NCBI GenBank assembly: GCA_965230295.1
Contig: OZ246001.1
Span: forward strand, 512,001 to 576,000
Source: Marinicella sp.
GTDB lineage: Bacteria; Pseudomonadota; Gammaproteobacteria; Xanthomonadales; Marinicellaceae
Reading direction: 5' to 3'
DNA length: 64,000 nt
Made by a program: the position numbers and the translations under genes. This document shows, one piece after another, positions 36,751 to 48,465 of the stretch. The notes below the pieces were generated by a model. It was not told the origin of the DNA and searched no databases. It saw only the letters and a program-made list of their open reading frames with translations. Numbering within the stretch: position 1 is the first letter of the stretch; each line of letters begins with the position of its first letter.

Positions 36751-39723
36751 GTGAGATCCAATAAAACAGTCATCACCAGTCACCCACAGCTCAAATTCTT
36801 GTGGTTAATTCTGATTTTTGTTTGGTCAAGTTTTTCCATCAATTCCTCCCATGCTCAACAGCTGCCATTTGCCGAACTCGACATCGCTGATGGTTTAGAA
36901 GACATGGTTGTTTTTGATATGGACCAGGATGACTTGGGGTTTTTATGGATCACCACTAGAACGGGTGTCAACCGATTTGATGGCACAAGATTTGAGACCT
37001 ATAAAAAATCAGATGGCTTACCACATAACCTGGTCAGGGACTTGCTGAAAGACCGTCATGGTATTTTGTGGGCTGGATCTGAGTCAGGATTGGCTCGCTT
37101 TAATGGCAAATCTTTTGAGCAAGTTTTGACAGATCAATGGCCTGAACATGTTTCAGTTCGTATGGTCAAGGCAGGTGCAGAAGACACTTTATGGGTAGCC
37201 ACTTATGGCATGGGGATATTAAAGATTGATACAGCCTCATCGGTACCTCGCATTGAACAACAGTTTAACCGCCAAACTGGATTTCCAAGTGATCGCATCA
37301 GAAGCCTTATGGTGGCAGAAGATGGCAGTATATGGGCCGGTGACAGTGCCCATGTTTATCACATCACAGAGGGCGATACCAAGATCATCAATTGGGAAGC
37401 CAGTTCTTCTGAAATCAGGTACTTGTACCAGCACACCGATCAAAGCATTTGGGCTGGAACCCGGGAAGGGATCGCTTATTTCACCGGCGATTCATTTGTT
37501 CAAAAACAGTTTAATGTTGATCTCAGTGACCTGACCATCAACAGCATCAATAGGGCCAACGATGGTCATGTTTGGGTCAGTACCAGGGACAACGGCGCCT
37601 TTCAATTCGATGCAGAAGATCTGCTGATACAGCACTTGAATATGAGTAATGGCTTACCAGACAACAGCGTTAACTCCATTTTTCATGATTCTGAGCAGAA
37701 CCTGTGGCTGGGCACGTACGGTGGTGGTTTGGCCAGGCTCAGTACTTCTGATGTCATCAACTGGAAATCGCAGGCCGTCATGCCCAATCCAAATGTGTAC
37801 ATCATCACCAATGATCAGCAAGGTTGTATTTGGGTGGGTACCAATGGTGACGGCGTTACCTCGTTTTGTGAGAATGTAACCACTCACATCACCACAGCAG
37901 ATGGTTTAGCCCACAATAAAGTATTGAGCGGTTTGATAGACCAAGATGGCAATCCATGGTTTGGGACCTTGCAAGGTGTCAGTTATTTGAAAGATGGACA
38001 ATTCATAAATTTTGATGAATCAGATGGTTTAACTGGTCTGGTGGTTTATCACATGGCTTATGGCCAAGATGGCAGTATTTGGCTGGCGACCAATAATGGT
38101 CTCAACCATTATCAAGACGGTCAGTTTTCAGCATACTTTGAGTCTGATGGTCTACCGGACAACCGAATTAACATGGTCATTCAAGCCCAAGACGGCAGTT
38201 TATGGTTGGGTACATCGAATGGTTTATCACATTATCGGGATGGAAAATTCACTAACTGGACCAATGATGATGGCTTGGCAGCCAATTTCATCAATGACAT
38301 TTATGAAGATGCAAACGGGCAACTTTGGTTAGCCACCAACAATGGATTGAGCTTATTCGATGGCCAACATTTCAGAACATGGACGGTTGATGATGGCTTA
38401 CCACATAACAATGCCACCACTATTTTACCGGGCAAAGAAGGTGAGATTTGGATCGGAACCAGCCGCGGTGTGGCCATTTATGATGCCGAATCATTCACAG
38501 TCATCACATCAAGAGAAGGGTTGGTGTTTGATTTGGTCAACCGCAGTGCCGGGTATAAAGACAACGAAGGAAATTTATGGTTTGGCACAGGGGCAGGCAT
38601 CAGTCGTTTTGCCAAAGGCTTCGAACCTGGTTCAACTTCGCCACCACCCGTTCACATCCTTGAAATTCACAATGAAACAGAAAAACTGGCCAACCACTCT
38701 ACACCTTTATTAGAGCAGCAAAATTCCAGTTTGACCATCAGTTACACTGCCATCAGCTTTCAACGGGCGCCTGACATCAGTTATCGGTACCGCATGAACA
38801 AAAAACAAGAAAACATCCCGTGGCGTGAAACCCGATTGAATGAATTACAAATTGACTCTTTGGCAGCTGGTGAATATCAGTTTCAAGTGACGGCAAAAAT
38901 TGGCAACGGGTTGTGGAACCCCACACCCGCAGTTTTTAATTTCAAAGTGACTCCCCCATTTTGGGAGACCCCTTGGTTCATGGTTTTGGTGTTGATGTTA
39001 CTGATGGTTGCCTGGTTCTATCGCAGTTGGCGAAGCAAACAACATGCACTGAAATTAGAAGCCATTGTTCATGAACGAACCAAACAATTGAAAAAAGTTA
39101 ATCATGGACTGGATTGGCTGGCCCATCATGACAGCTTAACCAAACTGTCAAACCGTCACCACATCAAGGAAGTCCTGGGTGGCATAAAAACACCAGATTC
39201 AGCCATTCCCTTGGGGGTTTTGCTCATTGACCTCGATCACTTTAAAAATGTCAATGACCGTTATGGACATGCCGTGGGTGATAAAGTGCTACAAACGGTA
39301 GCAAACATGTTGCAAAAGGTCATTCCTGAAAACCATACTGTGGCCAGATGGGGTGGTGAAGAATTTATTGTCTTGTGTCCAAAGGCGCGCTTGGTGGAGA
39401 TCCAGAAGTTGGTACAAGACCTGCTGCATGGGTGCCAACAGATTGAGGTTTCCGTAGAAGCAGAACAAACCATCCACATCAAATGTTCTATTGGCTTTAC
39501 TTACTTGTCTAAATTGTTGGATCAGGAAAACCTGGGTAAACAAATTGAAAACTCAATTCAGTTGGCTGACATAGCCCTCTACCAAGCCAAAGAACAAGGA
39601 CGGAATCAGGCCTGTGGATACCTGATCAAACAAGCCATTGACGAATCAACTTTAAAAGGTTACATTGCTGAGACGACACAAGCGATTGCAGATGGTCACA
39701 TCACAGTCACTGCCATTAAATAA
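36751..39723 (+). CDS. Diguanylate cyclase with two-component-regulator beta-propeller and Y_Y_Y periplasmic sensor
   Basis: Many DGL...D..G.LW.GT repeats, PPFWETPWF TM anchor, IDLDHFKNVNDRYGH, RWGGEEF. Confidence 0.93.
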   Translation: MRSNKTVITSHPQLKFLWLILIFVWSSFSINSSHAQQLPFAELDIADGLEDMVVFDMDQDDLGFLWITTRTGVNRFDGTRFETYKKSDGLPHNLVRDLLKDRHGILWAGSESGLARFNGKSFEQVLTDQWPEHVSVRMVKAGAEDTLWVATYGMGILKIDTASSVPRIEQQFNRQTGFPSDRIRSLMVAEDGSIWAGDSAHVYHITEGDTKIINWEASSSEIRYLYQHTDQSIWAGTREGIAYFTGDSFVQKQFNVDLSDLTINSINRANDGHVWVSTRDNGAFQFDAEDLLIQHLNMSNGLPDNSVNSIFHDSEQNLWLGTYGGGLARLSTSDVINWKSQAVMPNPNVYIITNDQQGCIWVGTNGDGVTSFCENVTTHITTADGLAHNKVLSGLIDQDGNPWFGTLQGVSYLKDGQFINFDESDGLTGLVVYHMAYGQDGSIWLATNNGLNHYQDGQFSAYFESDGLPDNRINMVIQAQDGSLWLGTSNGLSHYRDGKFTNWTNDDGLAANFINDIYEDANGQLWLATNNGLSLFDGQHFRTWTVDDGLPHNNATTILPGKEGEIWIGTSRGVAIYDAESFTVITSREGLVFDLVNRSAGYKDNEGNLWFGTGAGISRFAKGFEPGSTSPPPVHILEIHNETEKLANHSTPLLEQQNSSLTISYTAISFQRAPDISYRYRMNKKQENIPWRETRLNELQIDSLAAGEYQFQVTAKIGNGLWNPTPAVFNFKVTPPFWETPWFMVLVLMLLMVAWFYRSWRSKQHALKLEAIVHERTKQLKKVNHGLDWLAHHDSLTKLSNRHHIKEVLGGIKTPDSAIPLGVLLIDLDHFKNVNDRYGHAVGDKVLQTVANMLQKVIPENHTVARWGGEEFIVLCPKARLVEIQKLVQDLLHGCQQIEVSVEAEQTIHIKCSIGFTYLSKLLDQENLGKQIENSIQLADIALYQAKEQGRNQACGYLIKQAIDESTLKGYIAETTQAIADGHITVTAIK

Positions 39724-39784
39724 CAAAATCCTGCCATTTTATTTAGTATAGAGTTAGGTTGGTTTCACAAAACCAGACATCACC

Positions 39785-41002
39785 ATGAAAAACATCATAA
39801 AATCAGAAAAGCTGAAAGGCGTGTGTTATGACATCCGGGGCCCAGTTCTGGATATGGCTAAACGCATTGAGGAACAAGGTGAAAAAGTCCTGAAACTCAA
39901 CATTGGCAATCCTGCACCTTTTGGCTTTGATGCTCCTGATGACATCGTAAGGGATGTGGTACATAACATCACAGATGCTGAAGGTTATTGTGATTCCAAA
40001 GGCATCTACCCCGCTCGAGTAGCCATTTACCAATACTACCAAAAACGCCGAATTAAAAACCTTGATATAGACAAAATCATTATTGGTAACGGTGTCAGTG
40101 AACTGATAGTGATGACCATGCAAGCTTTACTGAATGATGGCGATGAAATGTTGATACCTGCACCTGATTATCCATTATGGACAGCTGCGGTCAACTTGTC
40201 AGGTGGTCAGGCGATTCACTACCTGTGTGACGAAGCCAATGATTGGGGACCCAATTTGGATGACATGGAATCGAAAATCACTGATAAGACCCGTGGCATA
40301 GTTCTGATCAACCCCAACAACCCCACCGGCGCAGTCTATACCAAAGACCAGTTAGAGGCAGTGTTAGATCTTGCCAGGAAACATGAGCTGATTATTTTCA
40401 GTGATGAAATTTATGAACTCATTCGTTATGATAACACACCGTTCACTTCAATTGCCTCTTTGGCAGATGATTTGATGTTTGTGACTTTCAATGGCTTATC
40501 GAAAACTTATCGTGTGGCGGGCTACCGCACAGGATGGATGCTGATATCCGGGAACACACTGCATGCCCAAGATTACATCGATGGCTTAAACATCCTGTCA
40601 TCAATGCGATTGTGTGCCAATGTGCCCACTCAATTTGCCATCCAATCGGCCCTGGGTGGCAGACAATCTATTTTCGATTTGACCGAAGGGGAAGGCCGGC
40701 TCAATCGTCAGCGTTTGTTAGCCCATCAAATGATCAATGACACACCCGGGTTGTCAACCACATTGCCCAAAGGTGCTTTGTATTGTTTCGTTAAAATCGA
40801 CACAGCACGGTTCAACATCACCAATGATGAGCAATTTATTTTAGATCTGCTGATTGAAAAACACATCCTGCTGGTTCATGGAACCGCTTTCAACTGGCCT
40901 GAGCCCGACCACTTCAGACTGGTGTATTTACCTCAAGTCGAAGTTCTTGAAGATGCCCTAAACCGTTTGCAAGACTTTCTGAAAACTTACCAACAAAATT
41001 AG
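39785..41002 (+). CDS. alaA: Glutamate-pyruvate aminotransferase AlaA
   Basis: YDIRGPV, LKLNIGNPAPFGF, NPNNPTG, FNGLSKTYRVAGYRTGW, SMRLCANVP. Confidence 0.93.
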   Translation: MKNIIKSEKLKGVCYDIRGPVLDMAKRIEEQGEKVLKLNIGNPAPFGFDAPDDIVRDVVHNITDAEGYCDSKGIYPARVAIYQYYQKRRIKNLDIDKIIIGNGVSELIVMTMQALLNDGDEMLIPAPDYPLWTAAVNLSGGQAIHYLCDEANDWGPNLDDMESKITDKTRGIVLINPNNPTGAVYTKDQLEAVLDLARKHELIIFSDEIYELIRYDNTPFTSIASLADDLMFVTFNGLSKTYRVAGYRTGWMLISGNTLHAQDYIDGLNILSSMRLCANVPTQFAIQSALGGRQSIFDLTEGEGRLNRQRLLAHQMINDTPGLSTTLPKGALYCFVKIDTARFNITNDEQFILDLLIEKHILLVHGTAFNWPEPDHFRLVYLPQVEVLEDALNRLQDFLKTYQQN

Positions 41003-41020
41003 GGCAGTAAACACCAACAT

Positions 41021-42346
41021 TCAGCGATTCTTTTTAATCGCTTTTCGGTTTTTCTTACCTCCGGCTCTGGCGCTGATTGATTTTTTCTTGCCTCGCACAC
41101 GGGTCTGTTTGTTCTTTCCGGAAGGTTTGGAATGCTTGGCATCTGTTTGTGATTTTTTGCTTCTGGCCGATTGGGGCTTGCTTGGTTGCCTGGTACTGCT
41201 GATGTCCCTGGCCGTTAATTCAAAACCTTTTTGATAAATACGTTTCACCTCAGTACCAATCACCCGTTCAATGCGGTGCAATACATGGGCTTCTTCCGGG
41301 CAGACAAAAGAAATGGCATGACCAGCTTTACCCGCCCGACCTGTACGCCCTATGCGGTGTACGTAGTCCTCTGGCAAGTAAGGTAAATTGTAATTCAACA
41401 CATGCTCTAACCCCTCAATATCTATCCCTCTGGCTGCCACCTCTGTGGCGATCAGTACTTGTATCTTGGCTGCTTTGAAATCAGCCAAAGCACGTCGCCT
41501 TGAACCTTGGCTTTTGTCACCATGACATATGGCTGCTTTAACTGCTGTGTGCTTCATCCTTGCCAACAAATGATCGGCTTGTTTCCTGGTGCTGGTAAAC
41601 ACCAATATTTGGAACCAATTGTGCTGTTCCAACAAAGCCATGAATAAATCCAGTTTGCGGCTTTCTTCGACCGGGTACAGCACATGCTCAACGGTGTCTG
41701 CTGTCGCGTTGGCTTTACTGAGCCTGATTGCTTGGTGATTGTTAAGAATTTTATGGGCCAGTTCATTCATTGCCGGAGTGGTGGTCGCCGAAAACAACAG
41801 GGTCTGACGCGCCGGATTGGTTTGGCTGATCAGTTGTTGTGCGTCTTCAATGAACCCCATATCTAACATGCGATCAGCTTCATCCAAAACCACAAACTCT
41901 ACATCAGCTAAATTAACATGCCCCAACTCCAAATGTTCCTGCAGTCGTCCTGGTGTGGCTATCAACAGATCCAAGCCTGATTTTAATCGATTGGCTTGAC
42001 CACCCAATTTGACTCCACCAAAGATGGCTGCAATTGTCAGGTCTGTATACTGAGCATAGTTTCCTATGGTGCGAGCCAGTTGTTCAGCCAATTCTCTGGT
42101 CGGGGTCAATACCATAGCACGCACTTTGCCAGCCGATGAGGTTGTTGGCTGGTCTAACATTTGTTGCAAAATGGGCAGCGCAAAAGCAGCTGTTTTTCCG
42201 GTGCCTGTTTGGGCATTGACTAACAGGTCTTTACCGCGGCGAGCTGGAATGATGGCTTGTTCTTGTACAGGAGTCAGCACTTGATATCCACATTGCTGGA
42301 TGGCTTGTTGAAGTTCTGCGGCGAGTCCTAATGAGGAAAATTTCAT
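41021..42346 (-). CDS. DEAD-box RNA helicase (RhlE-like)
   Basis: AQTGTGKT, PTRELA, LDEADRMLDMGF, SAT, HRIGRTGRAG, basic C-terminal tail. Confidence 0.95.
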   Translation of the reverse strand: MKFSSLGLAAELQQAIQQCGYQVLTPVQEQAIIPARRGKDLLVNAQTGTGKTAAFALPILQQMLDQPTTSSAGKVRAMVLTPTRELAEQLARTIGNYAQYTDLTIAAIFGGVKLGGQANRLKSGLDLLIATPGRLQEHLELGHVNLADVEFVVLDEADRMLDMGFIEDAQQLISQTNPARQTLLFSATTTPAMNELAHKILNNHQAIRLSKANATADTVEHVLYPVEESRKLDLFMALLEQHNWFQILVFTSTRKQADHLLARMKHTAVKAAICHGDKSQGSRRRALADFKAAKIQVLIATEVAARGIDIEGLEHVLNYNLPYLPEDYVHRIGRTGRAGKAGHAISFVCPEEAHVLHRIERVIGTEVKRIYQKGFELTARDISSTRQPSKPQSARSKKSQTDAKHSKPSGKNKQTRVRGKKKSISARAGGKKNRKAIKKNR

Positions 42347-42573
42347 GTTGTGTTCTCTTATTGATCAGATACAAACTGTAATTGGGCGCAATATACAGCA
42401 ATTTTGTGCCCTTCGGGTGGTCAATTGAACTTATTTCTGACCAAGTTTAAATGATTAGGCTTGAAAAGTACCAGGGCCTGTTCACACTAATTCACCAATT
42501 TAACCAAACAAAGATTGACAATCAACAGCATTGATTTATTATGCGCGCCTTAATCTTTTTACGGCAACTGACC

Positions 42574-44133
42574 ATGTTTAATTTAATTTCTAAAAGAATG
42601 GGCTACAGCATCAAAAATGATGTCCTGTCAGGCTTAACAGTGGCTTTGGCATTGGTACCTGAGGCAGTGGCTTTTGCTTTTGTCGCCAAGGTGGATCCAT
42701 TGGTCGGTTTATATGCAGCATTCATGGTCGGGCTGATTACATCTGTTTTTGGGGGTCGTCCAGGCATGATTTCAGGAGCCACAGGAGCCATGGCAGTTGT
42801 GATGGTGGCGTTGGTGGCCGAACATGGGGTGCAATACTTATTTGCCGCAGTGGTGTTAACAGGCATCATTCAAATGCTGGCTGGGGTATTTAAGCTGGGT
42901 ATGTTCATCCGCATGGTCCCCTATCCGGTGATGTTGGGCTTTGTTAATGGTTTAGCCATTGTGATTTTCCTGGCCCAATTGGGCCAATTTAAAATTGTTG
43001 ATGAAGCCGGCCTCCATCAATGGATGCAAGGTGAAACGCTTTATTGGATGATTGGTATGGTGGCACTGACCATGTTTATCATTCATTTCTTACCTAAACT
43101 GACTCGCATCATTCCGGCCTCTTTAGCGGCTATTTTGATCGTCACAGGCTTGGTGATCGTACTTGATATTCCCATTCCTAATGTGATTGATTATGTCCGT
43201 TCAGAATCAGGCAACCCCAGTGCCACCATTGCTGCAGGGTTACCTACTTTTGCCATTCCTTCTGTGCCCTTTAACCTGGAAACTTTCAACATCATTCTAC
43301 CCTATGCGCTTATTTTAGCTGCAGTGGGTCTGATTGAGTCATTGTTGACCATGACACTGATTGATGAGATCACTGAAACCCGAGGTCACGGTAACCGAGA
43401 GTGTATGGGTCAGGGCCTGGCCAATTTTACCAATGGCTTCTTCGGAGGCATGGGAGGTTGCGCCATGATTGGTCAAAGTATGATCAACATCAAATCAGGT
43501 GGCCGTGGCAGGTTGTCCGGCATCACGGCTGCTGTGGCACTGTTACTTTTTATACTCATTGGATCTTCTTGGATTGAAATGGTCCCATTAGCCGCACTGG
43601 TTGGTTTGATGTTTATGGTGGTATTGGGCACCTTTGAGTGGGCCAGTTTAAGGATGATTAACAAAGTTCAAAAGTCAGAAATCTTTATCATTGTATTGGT
43701 TTCAGGTATCACAGTGATCGCTGATTTGGCCATTGCTGTGGTCATTGGGGTGATCGTCAGTGCTCTGGTTTTTGCATGGAAAGGGGCCAAGAGGATTCAA
43801 GGCAAAAGTCACATTGATGACAACGGCTCAAAAATTTATGTGCTCAAAGGTCCTGTGTTTTTTGGTTCTGTACAAAATTTTCAAGACCTGTTCTCTCCAA
43901 GGACAGATCCAGATGATGTCATCGTAGATTTTTTGGATGCACGGGTTTATGACCATTCAGCCATTGAGGCTTTGGACTCTTTGGCAGAGCGCTATGAACG
44001 CAATGGCAAAACTTTGCACTACCGGCACCTCAGTCCTGAATGCAAACAATTATTGAACAAAGCAGGTAATTTAGTGGAAGTCAATTTGATCGAAGATCCA
44101 GACTATAAAGTAGCAGACAGTGCTTTGGGCTGA
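42574..44133 (+). CDS. SulP family anion transporter with STAS domain
   Basis: [44 protein letters not shown]. Confidence 0.93.
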   Translation: MFNLISKRMGYSIKNDVLSGLTVALALVPEAVAFAFVAKVDPLVGLYAAFMVGLITSVFGGRPGMISGATGAMAVVMVALVAEHGVQYLFAAVVLTGIIQMLAGVFKLGMFIRMVPYPVMLGFVNGLAIVIFLAQLGQFKIVDEAGLHQWMQGETLYWMIGMVALTMFIIHFLPKLTRIIPASLAAILIVTGLVIVLDIPIPNVIDYVRSESGNPSATIAAGLPTFAIPSVPFNLETFNIILPYALILAAVGLIESLLTMTLIDEITETRGHGNRECMGQGLANFTNGFFGGMGGCAMIGQSMINIKSGGRGRLSGITAAVALLLFILIGSSWIEMVPLAALVGLMFMVVLGTFEWASLRMINKVQKSEIFIIVLVSGITVIADLAIAVVIGVIVSALVFAWKGAKRIQGKSHIDDNGSKIYVLKGPVFFGSVQNFQDLFSPRTDPDDVIVDFLDARVYDHSAIEALDSLAERYERNGKTLHYRHLSPECKQLLNKAGNLVEVNLIEDPDYKVADSALG

Positions 44134-44564
44134 ACCTGGCAACAAGTTTTTTATGTTCTTTTTTGTATACATTTATTTTCAAGTCTAAATACTTCAACAA
44201 TTCAATCAAATCAATCGTTCATACAGATGACCGCAAATGCAGTCATCTGTTACTCTAAAAACCAAACTTTCATAAGTTATTGTTTATATAAGCTTTTTCT
44301 AATAATAAACTGCCACCATAAAGCCTAAAACGTACGAAATAAAGCCTAATTAATTCAACCAGGATTTTCATTTCATATATACGTCTAAAATCCCCTTTTT
44401 TGTGAACTGTGTCACACTTTTTTCGCTGAAAATCCAAATAATTATTGATGGCTGTCATATATATGTTATATATTCTAGCCACCACAACAATAAAAATTAC
44501 ACATGTGGTAAAGCCAGATTAGAAATTAATCTGAAATAAAAAAAATAGAGGAGAGACATCTAAT

Positions 44565-46589
44565 ATGAAAAAATTAGATATTGGTGCGCGTTCGCCAAAA
44601 ATAAAACTAAAGAACGCAATTTCCAAATCGCTGACTGTCATGACACTGGCTGCATCTTGCCAGGTTGCTCTTGCACAAAGCATCGGCGAAGAGCCAATCC
44701 AAACCAGCCTTATTCAAGGGTTCAACGTAGCCAACAAGATCCATAACCAATACATTGTGGTATACAAAGACACCTTTGTTAATACGGAAACAGTGGCCAG
44801 ACGTGCTGGCAATCAAACCCTTGAGCAAGCAAGAAAAGCTTTGATCCAGGAAATGAGTGTAGATATGGCCACCAAGGCCAAAGGTGAAATGGTTCGTAGC
44901 TATTCATCATCTATCTATGGCATGGTATTGAACAGTCTGTCAATCGATGAAGTGGTGGCATTGACTAAAGACCCAAGAGTTGCTTTCGTTGAAGCCGACA
45001 AGACAGTTAGCCTCAGCGCCACGCAAAACAATGCAACTTGGGGTTTGGATCGGATCGACCAAGCCAGTTTACCTTTGAACAACACTTACAACTATGATGC
45101 AGATGGCACAGGCGTGAACGCATATGTAGTCGATACAGGTGTCAGAATTTCACACACCCAATTTGGTGGACGTGGTAATACAGGTTTTACTGCAATTAAC
45201 GATGGTAACGGCACCAATGACTGCCAAGGTCATGGAACCCACGTAGCTGGTACCATAGGTAGTAGCACTTATGGTGTGGCTAAAAACGTTGAAATCTACG
45301 CTGTTAGGGTTTTGGGTTGTGATGGTTCAGGTACAAACTCAGGCGTCATCGCAGGTGTGGATTGGGTTGGTGACAACCACGTCGCACCAGCTGTTGCTAA
45401 CATGAGTTTGGGTGGTGGAGCCAGTTCAGCTTTGGATAATGCTGTGAATGCAGTGGTAGCCCAAGGTGTAACTATGGTTGTTGCTGCTGGTAATGATAAC
45501 CGCAATGCTTGTAACTATTCACCAGCACGTGCTGCCAATGCAGTGACTGTTGGTTCAACCACAAGTTCTGATGCCCGTTCTTCTTTCTCGAACTATGGTT
45601 CTTGTTTAGATATTTATGCGCCAGGTTCATCAATCACCTCAACTTGGTCTACCAGTAACACGGCGACCAACACCATCAGTGGTACTTCAATGGCAGCACC
45701 ACATGTAGCTGGTGTGGCTGCCTTGTATTTGGATGACAACCCCAATGCAACACCTGCTCAGGTACAAGCAGCCATGGAAAATGCAGCCATTTCTGGTGTC
45801 ATTTCTGACGCAAGAACCGGTTCACCCAACTTATTGCTGAACAACTTCAGTGGTAATGGCGGTGGCGGCGGTGGTGGCGGCGGTGGCGGCGGCGGCAACG
45901 GCGAACTCACCAACGGCCAAGCTGAAACAGGCATTTCAGGCGCGCAAGGCTCACAAGCGTTCTATACATTAGCTGTTCCTGCTGGTGCCACTGACTTAAG
46001 CTTTGCTATCAGTGGTGGCTCTGGAGATGCTGACATGTATGTAAGATTTGGCGCAGCACCAACGACTTCAACTTATGATTGTCGTCCTTACAGAAATGGC
46101 AACAACGAAACTTGTGACATCACCAATGTCCAAGCAGGTACTTACCATGTGATGCTAAGAGGGTACAGCGCTTACTCTGGTGTAAGTCTGGTTGGTAGCT
46201 ACACTGCTGGCGGCGGCGGTGGCGGCGGTGGTGGCGGCGGTAATTTCTTTGAAAATACCACCAATGTGACCATTTCAAGCGGCGCACCAAGTACAGTCAG
46301 TTCTAGTATCAATGTAACCAGAACTGGCGCATCAGGTACCATCACAATCAAAGCTGACATCAAGCACACTTATCGTGGTGACTTGTCCGCTAAGATTTAT
46401 GCACCCAATGGTGCCAGTGGTACTGTTCATGCCAGAAGTAACTCATCTGACAGTGGTGATGATTTGTTAATTGACGTCAACCTGAACGCTGGAACCATCG
46501 AATCCAGTGGTGAATGGAGATTTGAAGTAACAGACCATGCCAACCAGGATGGTGGTTATATCGATTCTTGGAGCATTGAATTCAACTGA
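44565..46589 (+). CDS. Secreted S8 protease (proteinase K/aqualysin-like) with I9 propeptide, PPC and P domains
   Basis: [34 protein letters not shown], poly-Gly linkers, [11 protein letters not shown] (PPC), HTYRGDL (P domain). Confidence 0.95.
   Translation: MKKLDIGARSPKIKLKNAISKSLTVMTLAASCQVALAQSIGEEPIQTSLIQGFNVANKIHNQYIVVYKDTFVNTETVARRAGNQTLEQARKALIQEMSVDMATKAKGEMVRSYSSSIYGMVLNSLSIDEVVALTKDPRVAFVEADKTVSLSATQNNATWGLDRIDQASLPLNNTYNYDADGTGVNAYVVDTGVRISHTQFGGRGNTGFTAINDGNGTNDCQGHGTHVAGTIGSSTYGVAKNVEIYAVRVLGCDGSGTNSGVIAGVDWVGDNHVAPAVANMSLGGGASSALDNAVNAVVAQGVTMVVAAGNDNRNACNYSPARAANAVTVGSTTSSDARSSFSNYGSCLDIYAPGSSITSTWSTSNTATNTISGTSMAAPHVAGVAALYLDDNPNATPAQVQAAMENAAISGVISDARTGSPNLLLNNFSGNGGGGGGGGGGGGGNGELTNGQAETGISGAQGSQAFYTLAVPAGATDLSFAISGGSGDADMYVRFGAAPTTSTYDCRPYRNGNNETCDITNVQAGTYHVMLRGYSAYSGVSLVGSYTAGGGGGGGGGGGNFFENTTNVTISSGAPSTVSSSINVTRTGASGTITIKADIKHTYRGDLSAKIYAPNGASGTVHARSNSSDSGDDLLIDVNLNAGTIESSGEWRFEVTDHANQDGGYIDSWSIEFN
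45858..45896 (+). repeat. (GGC/GGT)n triplet repeat encoding a poly-Gly linker; second copy at about 46209-46241
   Basis: 13 and 11 consecutive Gly codons between protease domains. Confidence 0.85.
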
Positions 46590-46613
46590 TTCATGCTTTG
46601 AATTGAAATGATA

Positions 46614-46642
46614 GAAAAAGGAGGCTCCGGCCTCCTTTTTTT
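46614..46642. terminator. Bidirectional intrinsic terminator
   Basis: AAAAAGGAGGC-tccg-GCCTCCTTTTTT between convergent genes. Confidence 0.85.
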
Positions 46643-47507
46643 ATGCCCCAAAAGTTTGCAAAATCGCTTTAGACCATACTTCCGGGTCTTCCAACATGGG
46701 GAAATGACCCAAATTATCCAGTTCAATCAAGTCACTGTTGTTGATTTCCGCTGCCAACACTTGAGCCATGGCTTGCACAGCCACCGGATCATTCTTGGCC
46801 CATACGATTTTTACCGGCAAGGTTGTGTTTTGTAAGGCACCAATCCACCGATGCCAATAGGTATACCTTTGTTTGATGTACTGCGTGGTTTTGTGAAGAA
46901 CATTTTTTCCACCAGCATGATTCATCATTTCCCACAAGGCATCCAACTCTTCATCACTAATCAAATCCGGATTGTGGTAAATGTTTTTAAGATTTCTTGC
47001 CAATGTACGGCGATTACTTAATCGAGCCACCCATGGGCCTGTCAACTTATTGAGCAACAGTTTTTGGATCAGGCGCAATTGAGCCATTTCTACATGCATG
47101 CTGCCATTACATAAAATCAGCTGTTTGATTTCCACAGCAAATTGATCAAACCTTTGCTTTCTGGCCAACAGTTCAGTGGCAACACTGGTTCCATAATCAT
47201 GGGCCAAAACGGTGGCCTCCTTGATACCTAGTTGTTGCCACAACATCAAAGCTTGATCAGTTTGTTCCATCAAAGAATAGGAGTAATTCCGGGGTTTGGC
47301 AGAGAAACCGAACCCCAAATGATCATGCATCACCACTCGAAATTGACTTTCTAAATAGGGCAAAGCCTTGTGGTAGTCATAAGTACATGTGGGGTAGCCA
47401 TGTAGCACCACCAGAACTGGCTTATCAGATCCAGAATCATAGACAAAATGTTCGAAGCCATTCACCGATTGTATCGAACCTGAATTTTTCCATTGTTCTG
47501 CTTTCAT
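46641..47507 (-). CDS. Alpha/beta hydrolase (epoxide hydrolase/MEST-like)
   Basis: LHGYPT, DHLGFGFS, AHDYG nucleophile Asp, GHFPMLE. Confidence 0.9.
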   Translation of the reverse strand: MKAEQWKNSGSIQSVNGFEHFVYDSGSDKPVLVVLHGYPTCTYDYHKALPYLESQFRVVMHDHLGFGFSAKPRNYSYSLMEQTDQALMLWQQLGIKEATVLAHDYGTSVATELLARKQRFDQFAVEIKQLILCNGSMHVEMAQLRLIQKLLLNKLTGPWVARLSNRRTLARNLKNIYHNPDLISDEELDALWEMMNHAGGKNVLHKTTQYIKQRYTYWHRWIGALQNTTLPVKIVWAKNDPVAVQAMAQVLAAEINNSDLIELDNLGHFPMLEDPEVWSKAILQTFGA

Positions 47508-47571
47508 GAGTTTACCTCTGTCGTGATTTATGGCTATATAATAACGCACAATTCACTACAACAATGCATCT

Positions 47572-48465
47572 ATGAAATTGGCCATCATCACTTGTCAGGA
47601 TCTGCCAAATGGCGTCGAAGACGACCAGGGGTTTTTCAATGCTTTGCGAAATTTAAATATCGACACAGATGTCATAAGCTGGGATGCTGATGTTGATTGG
47701 TCAGTTTATGACGCCTGCCTCTTACGATCAGTTTGGGATTATCATGAACGGGTTGATGCCTTTAATCACTGGTTAACGGGCCTTGAAAACATCACTGAAG
47801 TGATCAATCATGTCGATGTGGTCCGTTGGAATCAAAATAAGAAATACCTGTCAGAATTGGCTGATTTTGGCATCACCATTGCCCCCACAGAATGGTTATC
47901 TGTAGAACATGAATTTGATTTGGCAACCTGGAGTCAACAACAAAATGCCACTCATTTTTTTCTGAAACCCGTTATAGGCGCAGACTCTTCAGGTACTTTA
48001 AAGTTTGAGAACAGCAAGGAAGGACTTGAAACAGCACAACAGCACCTGGATCTGTGGCTCCCCCAGGTGGACATGATGTTACAACCCTATTTACCTCAAG
48101 TAGAGACCTACGGTGAAACTTCAGCCATCTATTTTGCTGGCAGCCTTGCACATGCAGTCAGGAAAGTGCCAGTAACAGGAGACTACCGAGTCCAAGATAC
48201 ATTTGGTGCCACTGACACAGCCTATCAATTGACTGCAGTGGAAATGGCCTTGTCAAAAGCTTGTCTGAATTTTCTGGAGCAAAAATTTTCCACTGTGGTG
48301 TATGCCAGATTTGATTTCTTACATGATGATCAAGGATCAGCTTACCTCAATGAAGCTGAACTTATAGAACCTTCGTTGTTTTTTGCTCACGGTCCCGAAT
48401 CAGCAGACATGTTTGCTCAGGCCATCAAAGATCACTTGTCATCAATAACCTCTGAGTCGGTTTGA
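47572..48465 (+). CDS. ATP-grasp protein (RimK/glutathione synthetase-like)
   Basis: RSVWDY, WNQNKKYL, LKPVIG, LQPYL, DYRVQ, YARFD, EAELIEPSLF. Confidence 0.85.
   Translation: MKLAIITCQDLPNGVEDDQGFFNALRNLNIDTDVISWDADVDWSVYDACLLRSVWDYHERVDAFNHWLTGLENITEVINHVDVVRWNQNKKYLSELADFGITIAPTEWLSVEHEFDLATWSQQQNATHFFLKPVIGADSSGTLKFENSKEGLETAQQHLDLWLPQVDMMLQPYLPQVETYGETSAIYFAGSLAHAVRKVPVTGDYRVQDTFGATDTAYQLTAVEMALSKACLNFLEQKFSTVVYARFDFLHDDQGSAYLNEAELIEPSLFFAHGPESADMFAQAIKDHLSSITSESV

Noticed and set aside
36900-38620. Repetitive DNA pattern (GATGGnTT...TGG) inside the large GGDEF gene
   Set aside because: Explained by beta-propeller protein repeats.
44270-44485. 71-aa minus-strand ORF upstream of the S8 protease
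   Set aside because: Lies in an AT-rich promoter region with no homology cue; likely spurious.
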